Assembly: GCF_026000115.1 (NCBI RefSeq)
Contig: NZ_AP026867.1
Location: 2,585,716 to 2,649,715, forward strand
Origin: Aureispira anguillae
GTDB taxonomy: Bacteria > Bacteroidota > Bacteroidia > Chitinophagales > Saprospiraceae
DNA length: 64,000 nucleotides
Direction: 5' to 3'
This document shows, piece after piece, positions 10,328 to 20,315 of the stretch. The notes under the pieces are model-generated. The model was given only the letters and a program-made list of their open reading frames with translations, searched no databases and was not told the DNA's origin. Position numbers and translations under genes: made by a program. Within the stretch, counting starts at the first letter, position 1, and each line of letters opens with the position of its first letter.

Positions 10328-10525
10328 GCACAACAAAGTGTATATTTCCATGACAGATTTCGGGAACAATCTTACAAGAATGAACGCATGAATTACACCG
10401 CAAAATCTGCGATTTTGCCACTAGTCGTAAAACAATTTACTGGCAAAATCGCAGATTTTGCTCAGGGAACAGCTATATTTATATTCGCATGACGCCTGTC
10501 ACGGAATATACACGGGCCGTTGTCC
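10328..10525 (+). other. attC-like site (long class)
   Basis: inverse core GCACAAC 8 bp after the stop; core GTTGTCC (reverse complement GGACAAC); internal palindrome caaaatctgcgattttgcc...ggcaaaatcgcagattttg. Confidence 0.6.
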
Positions 10526-10552
10526 ACCATTAAAAAAGAATAAATCATCGAA

Positions 10553-11140
10553 ATGAATTCCGCAGAACAGATATTTCAATTTTTAAACAAGGTTAGTAGG
10601 TTATCATTTCAATCATGGTCGTCTATGGTTGCGTACGCAATGGAGATTCAATTAAAAAAGGATGACTACTTCGTTAAAGAAGGAGAGGTCTCAAAGGAAA
10701 TAGGTTTCTTAACAAAAGGAATTGTTCGCTCCTACTATATTTCAAAGGAAGGAAAGGAATACAACAAAACGCTATTTGCAGCACCTAATATTATTGGCTC
10801 TTATGTTTCAATAATTACAGGGCAACCCAATCGTTTGCCTCAGCAAGCATTAACGGATTGTACGATTACTAAAATTCCCATGAGCGTTATTGAAAATCTA
10901 TCGAAAGAGCAAATAGAAATTGAGCGATTACGCAGAAAAATAGCAGAAATGTTTTTTGTGCTGAAAGAGAAGAGAGAACTCGAAATGGCTCTTTTGCAGG
11001 CAGAAGAACGATATTTAATTTTTCGGGAAGAATATCCAGGTGTAGAACAATTAATACCTCAATACCACATTGCATCTTACCTTGGTATCAGTGCAACTCA
11101 ACTTAGTCGAATCCGAAAAAAAATGAGCCTCCAATCATAG
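10553..11140 (+). CDS. Crp/Fnr-family transcriptional regulator
   Basis: cNMP-binding-like N-terminal domain; C-terminal HTH (ASYLGISATQLSRIRKK). Confidence 0.65.
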   Translation: MNSAEQIFQFLNKVSRLSFQSWSSMVAYAMEIQLKKDDYFVKEGEVSKEIGFLTKGIVRSYYISKEGKEYNKTLFAAPNIIGSYVSIITGQPNRLPQQALTDCTITKIPMSVIENLSKEQIEIERLRRKIAEMFFVLKEKRELEMALLQAEERYLIFREEYPGVEQLIPQYHIASYLGISATQLSRIRKKMSLQS

Positions 11141-11217
11141 TTCTTTACCTATGTAAATGACATTCATGCTCCAAGACTCTAATTTTGTAGTGTATTTTTT
11201 CACCAAAAAGAGTCATC

Positions 11218-11628
11218 ATGAGAAATAAAGATTTTCCACTTTTCACAGGTTTGTTTATACTGGCTGCCCTATGGAATCTTATAGGAGCAGGATTTGGTTA
11301 TTTCAATACCGAATACACTTTTCAGGGATTGTTTGAAAGAGAACTTAATGACCCGCTATTTTACGAAATATATAGAGGCGCATGGGGCACAACTTTGATG
11401 TTTTTCATTGGATATTTATTAGTTGCCTATAATCCGATTAAACATTCAGGTGTGGCATTAATTGGAGGAATAGGAAAATTGGCTTTTGCAATCGCAGAAC
11501 TACAATTATATCTTTCTGGGCTTGCCAATTCCATAATCTTAATCATCGTAGTTGGCGACTTTACCTTTTGTGCATTATTTGTTTATTACTTTATAAAGTT
11601 CTACACCAACAAAAAAGCAATCATATAA
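11218..11628 (+). CDS. integral membrane protein
   Basis: 136 aa, four predicted TM segments. Confidence 0.5.
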   Translation: MRNKDFPLFTGLFILAALWNLIGAGFGYFNTEYTFQGLFERELNDPLFYEIYRGAWGTTLMFFIGYLLVAYNPIKHSGVALIGGIGKLAFAIAELQLYLSGLANSIILIIVVGDFTFCALFVYYFIKFYTNKKAII

Positions 11629-11640
11629 ACCCCATCAATT

Positions 11641-12225
11641 ATGAAAATAGTAGCATTGCTTATATTCACATTGGTCAGCATAATCAATATTTATGCACAG
11701 GATAAATGGAAACTCGTAAAAAATAAAAATGAAATTAAAGTGTATGTTAGCGAAATTTCGGGTAGTAACTATTATGCATTCAAAGCCGTCATGACTGTAA
11801 AATCAACCGAAGCGGAAATAATTGAAGTCCTTAGGAATGTGAGTAATTACCCTGAGTGGTTTGCATTTACTGCATCCGCAAAATTGATTCAACAAACAAC
11901 GAATGAGCAGATCTTCTTCATGGAAACTGACTATCCTTGGCCATTTTCAAATGAATGTATGAACTATAATATGAGATTTGTGAAAGAGCAAGGTAAAAAC
12001 CAAAAAATTACAATTACTGAAACAGACAAAAAGGTAGATTGTAAATATTCATTAAAAAAAGCAAGTGGCTACATTTTGCTCGAACCAGATAAAGGGAATA
12101 CAAGAATAAGCTACTATTTCCATTCCGAACCTTCACAAAATATTCCATCGTGGCTTATTAACCCAAGGATACATGAAATGCCTTATCAAACTTTTATATC
12201 ATTAAAAGAACAGCTAAATATTTAA
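11641..12225 (+). CDS. secreted SRPBCC/START-like lipid-binding domain protein
   Basis: signal peptide; length and pattern (NYPEWF...) similar to START/Bet v1-like proteins. Confidence 0.35.
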   Translation: MKIVALLIFTLVSIINIYAQDKWKLVKNKNEIKVYVSEISGSNYYAFKAVMTVKSTEAEIIEVLRNVSNYPEWFAFTASAKLIQQTTNEQIFFMETDYPWPFSNECMNYNMRFVKEQGKNQKITITETDKKVDCKYSLKKASGYILLEPDKGNTRISYYFHSEPSQNIPSWLINPRIHEMPYQTFISLKEQLNI

Positions 12226-12229
12226 AAAC

Positions 12230-12685
12230 ATGATTCAGGAAAGTATGCTCTTGTTGTCAAGTCTGTCATTAGGTATATTTTTAGGTGCTCAAGTTACCGA
12301 AGCATTGTTATTTGTACCAAATTGGAAATCTTTAGGGGCTGATGATTTTTTTGACTTTTATAAAAATTATGGCAAGAAAATTCACCATTTTTTTGCACCA
12401 TTGACTATCGCAGCTACTGTACTACCCTTGATTACGGTTGTTTACAGCTTTATACATCAAACTAAGTATCAGGTTTTGTTTGGACTAATGGGATTGTTTA
12501 CATTAGCTTTTTTTTTAACTTATTTTTTGTATTTCAAAGAAGCAAATCAGCGGTTCTTTGATGGAAGTTTACCAAATGAAAAACTCCCAAAGGAATTAAA
12601 AAAATGGGGAAATTGGCACTGGATAAGAGTTTGTTTTGAGTTCATAGCTTTTGGATTATCATTATTCCTATTAATGAAAATTTGA
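12230..12685 (+). CDS. DUF1772-like small membrane protein
   Basis: 151 aa, four TM segments, VPNW motif. Confidence 0.3.
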   Translation: MIQESMLLLSSLSLGIFLGAQVTEALLFVPNWKSLGADDFFDFYKNYGKKIHHFFAPLTIAATVLPLITVVYSFIHQTKYQVLFGLMGLFTLAFFLTYFLYFKEANQRFFDGSLPNEKLPKELKKWGNWHWIRVCFEFIAFGLSLFLLMKI

Positions 12686-12692
12686 AAACGTT

Positions 12693-12752
12693 GTACAACA
12701 ATGTATTGTATCGCACACTAATCTAGCACAATCATATATAATAACGTTGCCA
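12693..12752 (+). other. attC-like site (short class, about 60 bp)
   Basis: GTACAACAATGTA ... taaCGTTGCCAat; closes the four-gene cassette 10553-12685. Confidence 0.5.
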
Positions 12753-12790
12753 ATATAGAACAAAAAATTGTACTAATTTAAACATCTAAA

Positions 12791-13258
12791 ATGACCAATC
12801 TAAAAATTACTAAAGATGGAATCTTAATTAATAGTGTTCTTCTTAGATGGGGAACTAAAAGAGAAATAATCAGAAAGAAATTAAACATTTCATTTAAAGA
12901 AGATGAAAGGATAACTGAATATCGCCCCGATTTTACTCTTGAAGTTTGTCGTGATATGTTTGATGATTTTTTCTTAAATTACGATTATCACTCAAAAACA
13001 CTAAAAGAAATTGAAATTCACCAAAACTGCAAAATTGAAATTCAATTGAATAACTCAATGCATTTTAGTACTGGCGATACCTATACGAATATATTAAAAC
13101 TTCTAAAGAAAGAGTTTTCTCTTAAAAAAATTGAAAAGGAAGAACATCTTATTCCAGAATTAAAAATGGTAATAGCTAGTGATAGAGAAATGGGAGGAGA
13201 TGGAAAAGGTCTTCGCTATTTATATCTTGGGGAAAATATCACTCATCTCCAAAACTAA
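12791..13258 (+). CDS. hypothetical protein
   Basis: 155-aa ORF, no motif recognised. Confidence 0.4.
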   Translation: MTNLKITKDGILINSVLLRWGTKREIIRKKLNISFKEDERITEYRPDFTLEVCRDMFDDFFLNYDYHSKTLKEIEIHQNCKIEIQLNNSMHFSTGDTYTNILKLLKKEFSLKKIEKEEHLIPELKMVIASDREMGGDGKGLRYLYLGENITHLQN

Positions 13259-13268
13259 ATTCTAAAGT

Positions 13269-13502
13269 ATGAAAAGAAGACTTAAAGAAATATTCATACT
13301 TCATGACTACATTGATGAAGAGAAAATTCCTACTCAAAAATATTCTAAAAAAGTATATCGATATTTATGCACTTCTCCAATTATTGCCCTTGAGGGCTTA
13401 GGAAGAAATGCTGCAAGAACAGATGGTATTTGGGCTTGGAGTGATTCCCTCGCTGAACCATATAAAAATGGAAAAAATCTGCTTACTAGAAAAATGCATT
13501 AA
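13269..13502 (+). CDS. hypothetical small protein
   Basis: 77-aa ORF, 10 bp after upstream gene. Confidence 0.35.
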   Translation: MKRRLKEIFILHDYIDEEKIPTQKYSKKVYRYLCTSPIIALEGLGRNAARTDGIWAWSDSLAEPYKNGKNLLTRKMH

Positions 13503-13876
13503 AAATGTTCAAGCACACTTATTTTCATACCCCTTCTGGTTTGCTTTTAAAATTTATATTCTGAGATTCAATCTTAGAAATGAAGTAAATCGTCTTATTG
13601 ATGAAAAAATTGAACAAAGAGAAATAAAAACGGTTGACAACAATTAGTGATCAAAATTCAGTAGGTCAAAAAAATACACCTTTTTGTCTTATTTTTTGTT
13701 GTTCCAACTATTATTATTGGCTATATAATTACGAATCTTATTGAGAACCAATTTGTAAGAATAATCTTGTTGTTCCACAAGAAAAAAGAAATCAAATGCC
13801 CCAACTTATGATGAGATTATGAAGGTAATGGTGAATTTCATGAATAAAAAATTAGAAGAAAATGAAGAAGAGAACA

Positions 13877-13947
13877 CGGTAGCCAACAAAGTGTAAAATG
13901 TTCATGCTGGCTATGTGCCAGCACGCCATTTACACGAGACCGTTACC
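13877..13947 (+). other. attC-like site (short class)
   Basis: ggtaGCCAACAAAGTGTAAaatgttcatgctggctatgtgccagc...acacgagacCGTTACCCat; internal hairpin gctggc/gccagc. Confidence 0.55.
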
Positions 13948-14039
13948 CATCATAAAAAATCATTCATTACTACAAAAACAATATTTTTTTTTGTAATTTA
14001 TACTTTCATGGTTACCTAATCCACCTAAACAAACTGCTT

Positions 14040-14294
14040 ATGCCTACTAATGAAAGTAAAAGTTTTCAAACATTCAAGGACAGAATCCATAACCTACGAC
14101 AACATCTTCAAGTAATTGATGCATCATTAAAAAAAACATCTCAATGGTTAGGAAGTTATACCCCAAAAACTGTCGCTATTGCAACTGCTTTGGGTGTATC
14201 ATCTCAAAATTACAATTATCTCAATAAGCCTATCAGCAGTCATAATAGTATGATTAAATACACCAAGAAAAAAATGCTGAATTTGCCATCATAG
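14040..14294 (+). CDS. hypothetical small protein (first gene of five-gene cassette)
   Basis: 84-aa ORF. Confidence 0.35.
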   Translation: MPTNESKSFQTFKDRIHNLRQHLQVIDASLKKTSQWLGSYTPKTVAIATALGVSSQNYNYLNKPISSHNSMIKYTKKKMLNLPS

Positions 14295-14320
14295 AATTAT
14301 TTAATAACTTTTCAATTTAC

Positions 14321-14788
14321 ATGAAAGGTATTTTAAGAGAGATGTACGATCATGACCCTGAAAAAATAATTCATAAAGCTGCTGGCAAAGAGAGAACTCT
14401 TACTTTCAATGAAATCGCTGCTTCAAATAACCTCGCTGATTTAAAAATAATAATGATTGATAAAATTTTCCGGAGCCTTGAAAACGAGAGATCAACCAAA
14501 AAACTTGTAAAAAAGATAATTAATCACACGGGAATAACTATAGATTCAACAATTCTTACAAATGGATTGATGCATCTCGAAATGCGTCACTTATTTATTC
14601 ATAATGATGGCATCGCTGATTTAGATTTTGTAAATATCTATGGAAATCTATTAGTCAGCCCTATATCTCAAGGAGATAAACTACCCAGAAATTTTTCGCA
14701 AACTACTAGAGGTCTCATTGCTGTTGAGAAGTTAGCAAAAGAAATTGACTCTAAATTAATTACAGCAGGTCATTTACAATCCAGATAA
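14321..14788 (+). CDS. hypothetical protein
   Basis: 155-aa ORF. Confidence 0.4.
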   Translation: MKGILREMYDHDPEKIIHKAAGKERTLTFNEIAASNNLADLKIIMIDKIFRSLENERSTKKLVKKIINHTGITIDSTILTNGLMHLEMRHLFIHNDGIADLDFVNIYGNLLVSPISQGDKLPRNFSQTTRGLIAVEKLAKEIDSKLITAGHLQSR

Positions 14789-14824
14789 ATTAATAAAATC
14801 AAAGCCAACAAAACCACATAATAA

Positions 14825-16198
14825 ATGAGTTTAATAAGACCTAGACTAAATGATTTTCATAATATCCCTATTACCCAAGAAGAAGTCGATTTTGCAATTC
14901 CTTTTTTAGATGAGGATATACCTCTTTATGTTGACCCTTTCTTATTATGGAAATCACCTTCTATGCAAGATAATTCTTTGCACCTCACGATAACAAATAG
15001 TTTTAACAATTTAGGTTACTTAGCTTCTCAGAACAAAGAAAAAGAAGCTCTTGAGATATTAATTAGAGCATCAGAATGCAATGAAGTCGGACTAGGTAAC
15101 TCTAAAACAAAAGTAGGAAAACGTATAGGGAAAAAACTAGCCAGTGATGTATTAGATCAATTTTCTACTATTCCCCAATTAAATAAAAACGGATTTATTC
15201 ACTTTGAAGAAATACAGCTATTAGTTGACAATTTTTCAAAAGACAGGGTAAGTGATATTGCATGTAATTTCATTCAATCATTTCTTGTTGATTTCACAAT
15301 CGAACAAGCTGAAAAACATGGCATTCCTATCGAACAAGTTTTATTAAAAAATATCTATAATACTAAAACTCATTCTTTTCAAGAAGAAAAAACTCATTTA
15401 CCAGTTAACCCAATAACCAAAGAACCTATTCTTCTTGTGCCCAAAAGGTGGTTAAAATATATCCCCTGGATTAATTCAGATGATTACTTCAAAAGTTATT
15501 ATTTAAAGAATATTCATAAAAAGGGGGATGCTATTCTTGACAGAGTAAAGCTTCTAAGCTTTAATAGACACAATTACGATATTGTTCAGGCATATACATC
15601 AATTAAAGAAAAGCATTTTGAAAATTGTAAGAATGATCCTCTATTTTCTCAGATACCCATTACATCTGCAAAAAGAAAAATCTCCACAATTCTAAAACTA
15701 CCAACAGGAAAGACAGATAACGCAGATCGTAAATATGAGGATAATACTTGTCAGTTCTTAACATCCTTAGTTTATCCACATTTAGATTTTGCACAAGAAC
15801 AAAGTAGAACTGAGTCAGGTGTTCAAATCAGAGATTTAATTTTTTACAATAATGCTTCTACCCCATTTTTAAAGGAAATATATAACACTTACGATTGTCG
15901 CCAAATTGTGATGGAACTAAAAAATGTGAAAGAAATTCAACAAAGTCACATTCTTCAACTAAACAGATATTTAAAAGATCAATTTGGACGATTTGGAGTT
16001 ATTATTACAAGAAATCCACCACCTAAAAAGGTTATTAAAAATATAATTGATTTATGGTCAGCCTATAGAAAATGTATTTTGGTTTTGGATGATTCAGATT
16101 TTAAAATGATGACTCAAGTATTTGAAAGTAAACAACGTGACCCAATTGAGGTAATCAAAAAAAAATATATAGAATTTACAAGAGCTTGCCCATCATAA
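14825..16198 (+). CDS. hypothetical protein (457 aa)
   Basis: long ORF, no recognisable catalytic motif. Confidence 0.45.
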   Translation: MSLIRPRLNDFHNIPITQEEVDFAIPFLDEDIPLYVDPFLLWKSPSMQDNSLHLTITNSFNNLGYLASQNKEKEALEILIRASECNEVGLGNSKTKVGKRIGKKLASDVLDQFSTIPQLNKNGFIHFEEIQLLVDNFSKDRVSDIACNFIQSFLVDFTIEQAEKHGIPIEQVLLKNIYNTKTHSFQEEKTHLPVNPITKEPILLVPKRWLKYIPWINSDDYFKSYYLKNIHKKGDAILDRVKLLSFNRHNYDIVQAYTSIKEKHFENCKNDPLFSQIPITSAKRKISTILKLPTGKTDNADRKYEDNTCQFLTSLVYPHLDFAQEQSRTESGVQIRDLIFYNNASTPFLKEIYNTYDCRQIVMELKNVKEIQQSHILQLNRYLKDQFGRFGVIITRNPPPKKVIKNIIDLWSAYRKCILVLDDSDFKMMTQVFESKQRDPIEVIKKKYIEFTRACPS

Positions 16199-16208
16199 AA
16201 TAGAAACA

Positions 16209-16589
16209 ATGAATAAAGAGACTGTTAACAAATTTGAAAAAGTTCAAGGACAGATTGAGGGTTTTTATAAAGAAATTGGAATACTTTCTAAAAAAAATCC
16301 CAACGATGCTGTCAATAAATTTAAACTAAAATTTATAAATCAAATTTTAGTAGAAGCAAATGAATTACTCCAAGGTCTTTATAAACCATTAAAAGACTTT
16401 GATTTTTTTGAAGAAGATGATATCCCTACTAACAGCGATGTCACTATGATTTTTGAACAATACCTTGCTTGTTTAGAAAAACTTAGAAGCGATAACATAA
16501 TACTAGATTTTGGAAACTGGTATTGGATAATTAACGGAAAATCTTCTTCAATCAAAACTTCTGAACCAAAAAAAATTAGAAATAAGTAA
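16209..16589 (+). CDS. hypothetical protein, paralog of the next gene
   Basis: shares KKNPNDAVNKFKLKFINQIL ... PTNSD with 16589..16945 (KKKPDEPLNKFKVKNVNRVL ... PTNSD). Confidence 0.45.
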   Translation: MNKETVNKFEKVQGQIEGFYKEIGILSKKNPNDAVNKFKLKFINQILVEANELLQGLYKPLKDFDFFEEDDIPTNSDVTMIFEQYLACLEKLRSDNIILDFGNWYWIINGKSSSIKTSEPKKIRNK

Positions 16590-16945
16590 TGGCAAAAAAT
16601 GAGAACTTACCAACGAATGCTCAAGTTGAATTATTTAAAATGCTTGATGTTTTATTGAATTCTATTTATTTCGAGATGAAAGAATTTTCAAAGAAAAAAC
16701 CAGATGAACCACTCAATAAATTTAAAGTAAAAAATGTAAATAGAGTTTTAGAACAAATAAAAGATATTCTAAAAGCAGAACCTACAAGTCCATTCCTGGA
16801 TATCCTGAATGAGGATACATTACCAACAAACAGTGACGCCATTTTAGTTATTGGACAATTTAGAGCGTCTATGGCAAGGTTTCAAAAGAAATATGCTGCA
16901 AAATATGGTAAATGGAAAACAAAAGAAAACCCTACAGGAATTTAA
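16589..16945 (+). CDS. hypothetical protein, paralog of previous gene
   Basis: start overlaps upstream stop (ATGA-type coupling). Confidence 0.45.
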   Translation: MAKNENLPTNAQVELFKMLDVLLNSIYFEMKEFSKKKPDEPLNKFKVKNVNRVLEQIKDILKAEPTSPFLDILNEDTLPTNSDAILVIGQFRASMARFQKKYAAKYGKWKTKENPTGI

Positions 16946-17207
16946 TAAAACGGTAGGTAACAATATGCCAATTCCATAAAGTTAAGAGCAAAAGCTGGTC
17001 TGTAATTTGCAGAAAATCTGTTTCTAAAGCTGTCACATTTCAGGCAGGAACAATTTTAGAAGGTGCATACCAAATTTGCTATCTATAGGGATAGCACATT
17101 CCTTAGCTCTAAAATCACATATTTTCTTCCGTATCAGTGTAGGCATCCCAAGAGAAGCAACCGTTAGTTAAGAGAAAAAATATTATATTAGATAAAAACT
17201 AACGAAA

Positions 17208-17501
17208 ATGAAGAGGAGTAAATTTAGCACAGCTCAAAAAGCAAAGATATTAGCAGAGCATGACGGCGGAAAAAGTGTAACGGATTTATGCCGTCAATAC
17301 CAAATTAGTGCAGCTACGTTGTATAAATGGAAAAAGGACTATGAAGATAGTCAAGATGAAGATAAACGAAGAATAAAGGAATTAGAGGCAGAAAATGTTC
17401 GTTTAAAAAAGATGTATGCTAATTTAAGTATCGATCATGAGATACTTCAAGAAGGTTATGCAATGGTAAAAAAGTTCCAAGCCCAAAAGAACAAGAAATG
17501 A
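17208..17501 (+). CDS. IS3-family transposase OrfA (HTH, leucine zipper)
   Basis: MKRSKFSTAQKAKILAEHDGGKSVTDLCRQYQISAATLYKWKK. Confidence 0.9.
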   Translation: MKRSKFSTAQKAKILAEHDGGKSVTDLCRQYQISAATLYKWKKDYEDSQDEDKRRIKELEAENVRLKKMYANLSIDHEILQEGYAMVKKFQAQKNKK

Positions 17502-18334
17502 TATTGGATTGCTTGTCAAAAGAATACAGCATTCGTCGTACTTGTGTTGTTTTGGGCTTACGCCGTCAGACATATTATAGTCGTAAATCAGGTCATCGCC
17601 CAGAAGAAAAGGATGAAGAAATAGTGGATTTACTACATCAGTTAACAAAACGTTTTGTATCATGGGGCTTTTGGAAAATTTATCACTATTTGAGAAATCA
17701 AGGCTATGCCTATAATCATAAGAGAATTTATCGTATATGGTGTATAGAGGGTTTAAATTTACGTTTACCGCCCAAACGCAAGAGGATTTATCGAAAATAT
17801 CAACAACTTTTGGCTCCTAAAGAAGTCAACAAAGGTTGGGCTATGGATTTTCTAAGTGATTGGGTTGTTAGCCCAACTAATCATCGTATACGAATTATCA
17901 ATATTATGGATGAAGGTTCTCGCCGAGCCTTATGGACAGAAGCTCATCATAATATTTCAGCTAAAAAGCTAATAGAGGTTTTGGAGAAAGTGATAGAATA
18001 TCGTGGAAAACCATCTTATATTCGTTGTGACAATGGTCCTGAGTTTATTTCAGAAAAGCTCAAATTGTGGGCAAATAAACATGATATTGAATTGAAATTC
18101 ATCCAACCAGGAAAGCCATCTCAGAATGGTTTGATTGAGCGTTTGAATAAAACATTGAGAGCCGAATGTTTGAACTTATGCTGGTTTCAATCTCTAGAAG
18201 AATTAAATGAAGAAATACAGGTTTGGAGTCAGATTTATAATCTAGAACGACCTCATAAGAACTTAGGTAATATTACCCCAGATTCTTTTGAGATTCTAAA
18301 TCAGAAACTCTACTTTTTAGCGGTTGCTGCTTAG
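17498..18334 (+). CDS. IS3-family transposase OrfB (DDE integrase core)
   Basis: rve-domain motifs WAMDF...D, CDNGPEF, KPSQNGLIERLNKTLRAE. Confidence 0.9.
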   Translation: MILDCLSKEYSIRRTCVVLGLRRQTYYSRKSGHRPEEKDEEIVDLLHQLTKRFVSWGFWKIYHYLRNQGYAYNHKRIYRIWCIEGLNLRLPPKRKRIYRKYQQLLAPKEVNKGWAMDFLSDWVVSPTNHRIRIINIMDEGSRRALWTEAHHNISAKKLIEVLEKVIEYRGKPSYIRCDNGPEFISEKLKLWANKHDIELKFIQPGKPSQNGLIERLNKTLRAECLNLCWFQSLEELNEEIQVWSQIYNLERPHKNLGNITPDSFEILNQKLYFLAVAA

Positions 18335-18560
18335 GGGAAGCCTACATCAGGCACTCGAATTCCAGTTCCATCAATCGCCAATAGTCGGTATCCTTTCCAA
18401 TATTTTATTCCTCGATTGCTTCGATAAAAAAGTTGGCAACTATAAGAAAATAAGTCTTCAAAAAAACAAACCTTAATCTTTGAACGAGCTAAGGCTAATG
18501 CTGTCTTTGTTGGTGGGCACCTTGATCTAAATAGTCTTGAGTGGGAGATTAATTCGGCGT

Positions 18561-18755
18561 TTACACTTTTTTTAAAAGACCTAATATCAATCCTACCGTT
18601 GTTGCAAAATCTAATTTGCGATGTCTTGTAAAATCTTGTTCTGGGCGAATCAAATAGGTCGCCCGTTTTTGGGCTGTTAAACTCGCCAAAATTATAAATA
18701 ATTTTAGCTTCTTTAATTGTGCTGTTAAGCTTAGTAGTTTTTTGTCACGTTTCAT
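18561..18755 (-). pseudogene. N-terminal fragment of IS4/IS5-superfamily transposase
   Basis: 64-aa ORF near-identical to 31565..31759. Confidence 0.6.
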
Positions 18756-19095
18756 CCCCTAAATATATGTTTTTTCTGACTACTTTCCTTAACTTTATGG
18801 CAGTGAACAAGAAATATACGTCAATCCCACATCTTGGGCTAAAGCTAAAGTTCATTCGTATGTAACACTACGCAAAATCGCAGATTTTGCTAGTACTCGA
18901 AGAAAAAATTACTAGCAAAATCTGCGATTTTGCTTTGGGATTAGCTATATTCCTATTCGTATAACTTGTGGCACTGCGTATATCAAGACGTTGTCATCAA
19001 TTCAAAGAAAAATCATTACGCAAATACACTGCGCAGCAACTTTTTAACTTTGAGTCTCAGTAAAAAATCTAATCTAGGACTTAAAAATAAAAACT

Positions 19096-20079
19096 ATGGA
19101 CAGAAGAAAATTTAAAGGCATATCTATATTCTTATTGATTAAAGAACGTATTAAAATTGAACTCAATGAATTTCAAGAAATCATTGAAGAGATATCTAGT
19201 GATTTAGAAAGTAAGAAGGCTAAAATTGAAGCCAGTTATGAAAATCTTGAAGCAAGTGGGTATGAAGATCATTACTCTGATATTCTTATTGATGAGTACC
19301 AAAAATATGATAAAACATTCCCTAAATATACTTTTAACCCTCTTCTGCTATCTATCTATGGTTATTTTGAAAATTGGCTCAGAAAACTTTGTGATATTGA
19401 CTCAAGAAAAGGTTTTTCAAAAATTAAAGTATCGGATTTAGCTGGTAGAAACTATATCGAAAAAAGTAAAACCTATTTTCAAAAAGTTGCTGAAATTGAC
19501 TTGAGTATTCTAAATGAAAAATGGCAGCGAGTAAAAGAAATCCAAAAAATAAGAAATTTAATAGCTCATAATGAATCAAATATCGTCAAAAATAAATCTA
19601 AACCTATACACGAACAACCAACTTATCAAATAATCAATGGAGATGAAAATTTAGCTTTAGACCTCCAAAATGGAGATTTTCATATCATGAATAAAACCTT
19701 TCTACTTGAAGCAATTTCATTAGTTCAAGAATATCTCAACGAGGTAATTGAAAAATTATCAAAGAGAAAAGTTATAGCAAAAAATACCGCTGTGCCATAT
19801 GATATGACTCCATGGGGAGAAGAAAAAACAGAAAGTCTCCTTAAAGATATTATACATTGCTTAAACTTAATTGATGGTTATTACGAAAGAGACGATGAAC
19901 ATCGCTTGGAAGATACATTAGGGAATTTAAAAGGAAACCTTGGCGCCATGGCTTGGAATGGCACTAAAATTTTATCCTTTTTTATGAATGGAAAATGGGA
20001 AACAATAGACAGAGATTACATTGTAAACGAAAGATTATCTGGTCTAAAAAAATTGAAAGATCTTTACAAAAAAAACTGA
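19096..20079 (+). CDS. HEPN-like domain protein (putative abortive-infection type)
   Basis: KIRNLIAHNES fits the HEPN Rx4-6H motif (RNxxxH); alpha-helical 327-aa protein in a single-gene cassette. Confidence 0.3.
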   Translation: MDRRKFKGISIFLLIKERIKIELNEFQEIIEEISSDLESKKAKIEASYENLEASGYEDHYSDILIDEYQKYDKTFPKYTFNPLLLSIYGYFENWLRKLCDIDSRKGFSKIKVSDLAGRNYIEKSKTYFQKVAEIDLSILNEKWQRVKEIQKIRNLIAHNESNIVKNKSKPIHEQPTYQIINGDENLALDLQNGDFHIMNKTFLLEAISLVQEYLNEVIEKLSKRKVIAKNTAVPYDMTPWGEEKTESLLKDIIHCLNLIDGYYERDDEHRLEDTLGNLKGNLGAMAWNGTKILSFFMNGKWETIDRDYIVNERLSGLKKLKDLYKKN

Positions 20080-20272
20080 TAACAACAATCTGCATATAGC
20101 CATCCAGAGCACTCTGTAACGCCCAATTCAGGGGCTTTGTCCAAGCGCAAAATCGCAGATTTTGCCAGTACTCTGAACGAAATTTACTGCCAAAATCTAC
20201 GATTTTGCTTATCTGTAACGCACACTTTTCGTATTTTGCTCTTTCTGCACGGTATATGCAGTAACGTTGGCA
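20078..20272 (+). other. attC-like site (long class)
   Basis: GATAACAACAATCTG ... gcaaaatcgcagattttgcc ... ggcaaaatctacgattttgc ... acGTTGGCAtcaat. Confidence 0.6.
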
Positions 20273-20315
20273 TCAATTAGAAAGGAAATATCGTAAAAAT
20301 GTATCCAAGATTCGT

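Larger units (their letters stand above)
17138..18346 (+). mobile_element. IS3-family insertion sequence (type A)
   Basis: inverted repeats TGTAGGCATCCC / GGGGAAGCCTACA; 4-bp target duplication TCAG, confirmed against the uninterrupted copy at 36091-36098; orfA/orfB with A AAA AAG slippery site. Confidence 0.85.
16963..18810 (-). mobile_element. IS4/IS5-superfamily element, internal-deletion derivative, interrupted by IS3-A
   Basis: left end caattccataaagttaagagcaaaagctgg and right end cttaactttatggcagtgaacaa are identical to the full copy at 28924-31814; carries only the transposase N-terminal fragment (18561..18755). Confidence 0.6.
16955..18996 (+). other. attC-like site (long class) disrupted by IS4-like derivative and IS3-A
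   Basis: inverse core GGTAACAA at 16955-16962; the remainder at 18811-18996 is nearly identical to the site at 24831-25024 and ends with core GTTGTCA. Confidence 0.55.

Noticed and set aside
10218-10421. Minus-strand 67-aa ORF spanning the end of the large gene and the attC
   Set aside because: Overlaps a strong + strand CDS and an attC palindrome. Low-complexity translation, likely spurious.
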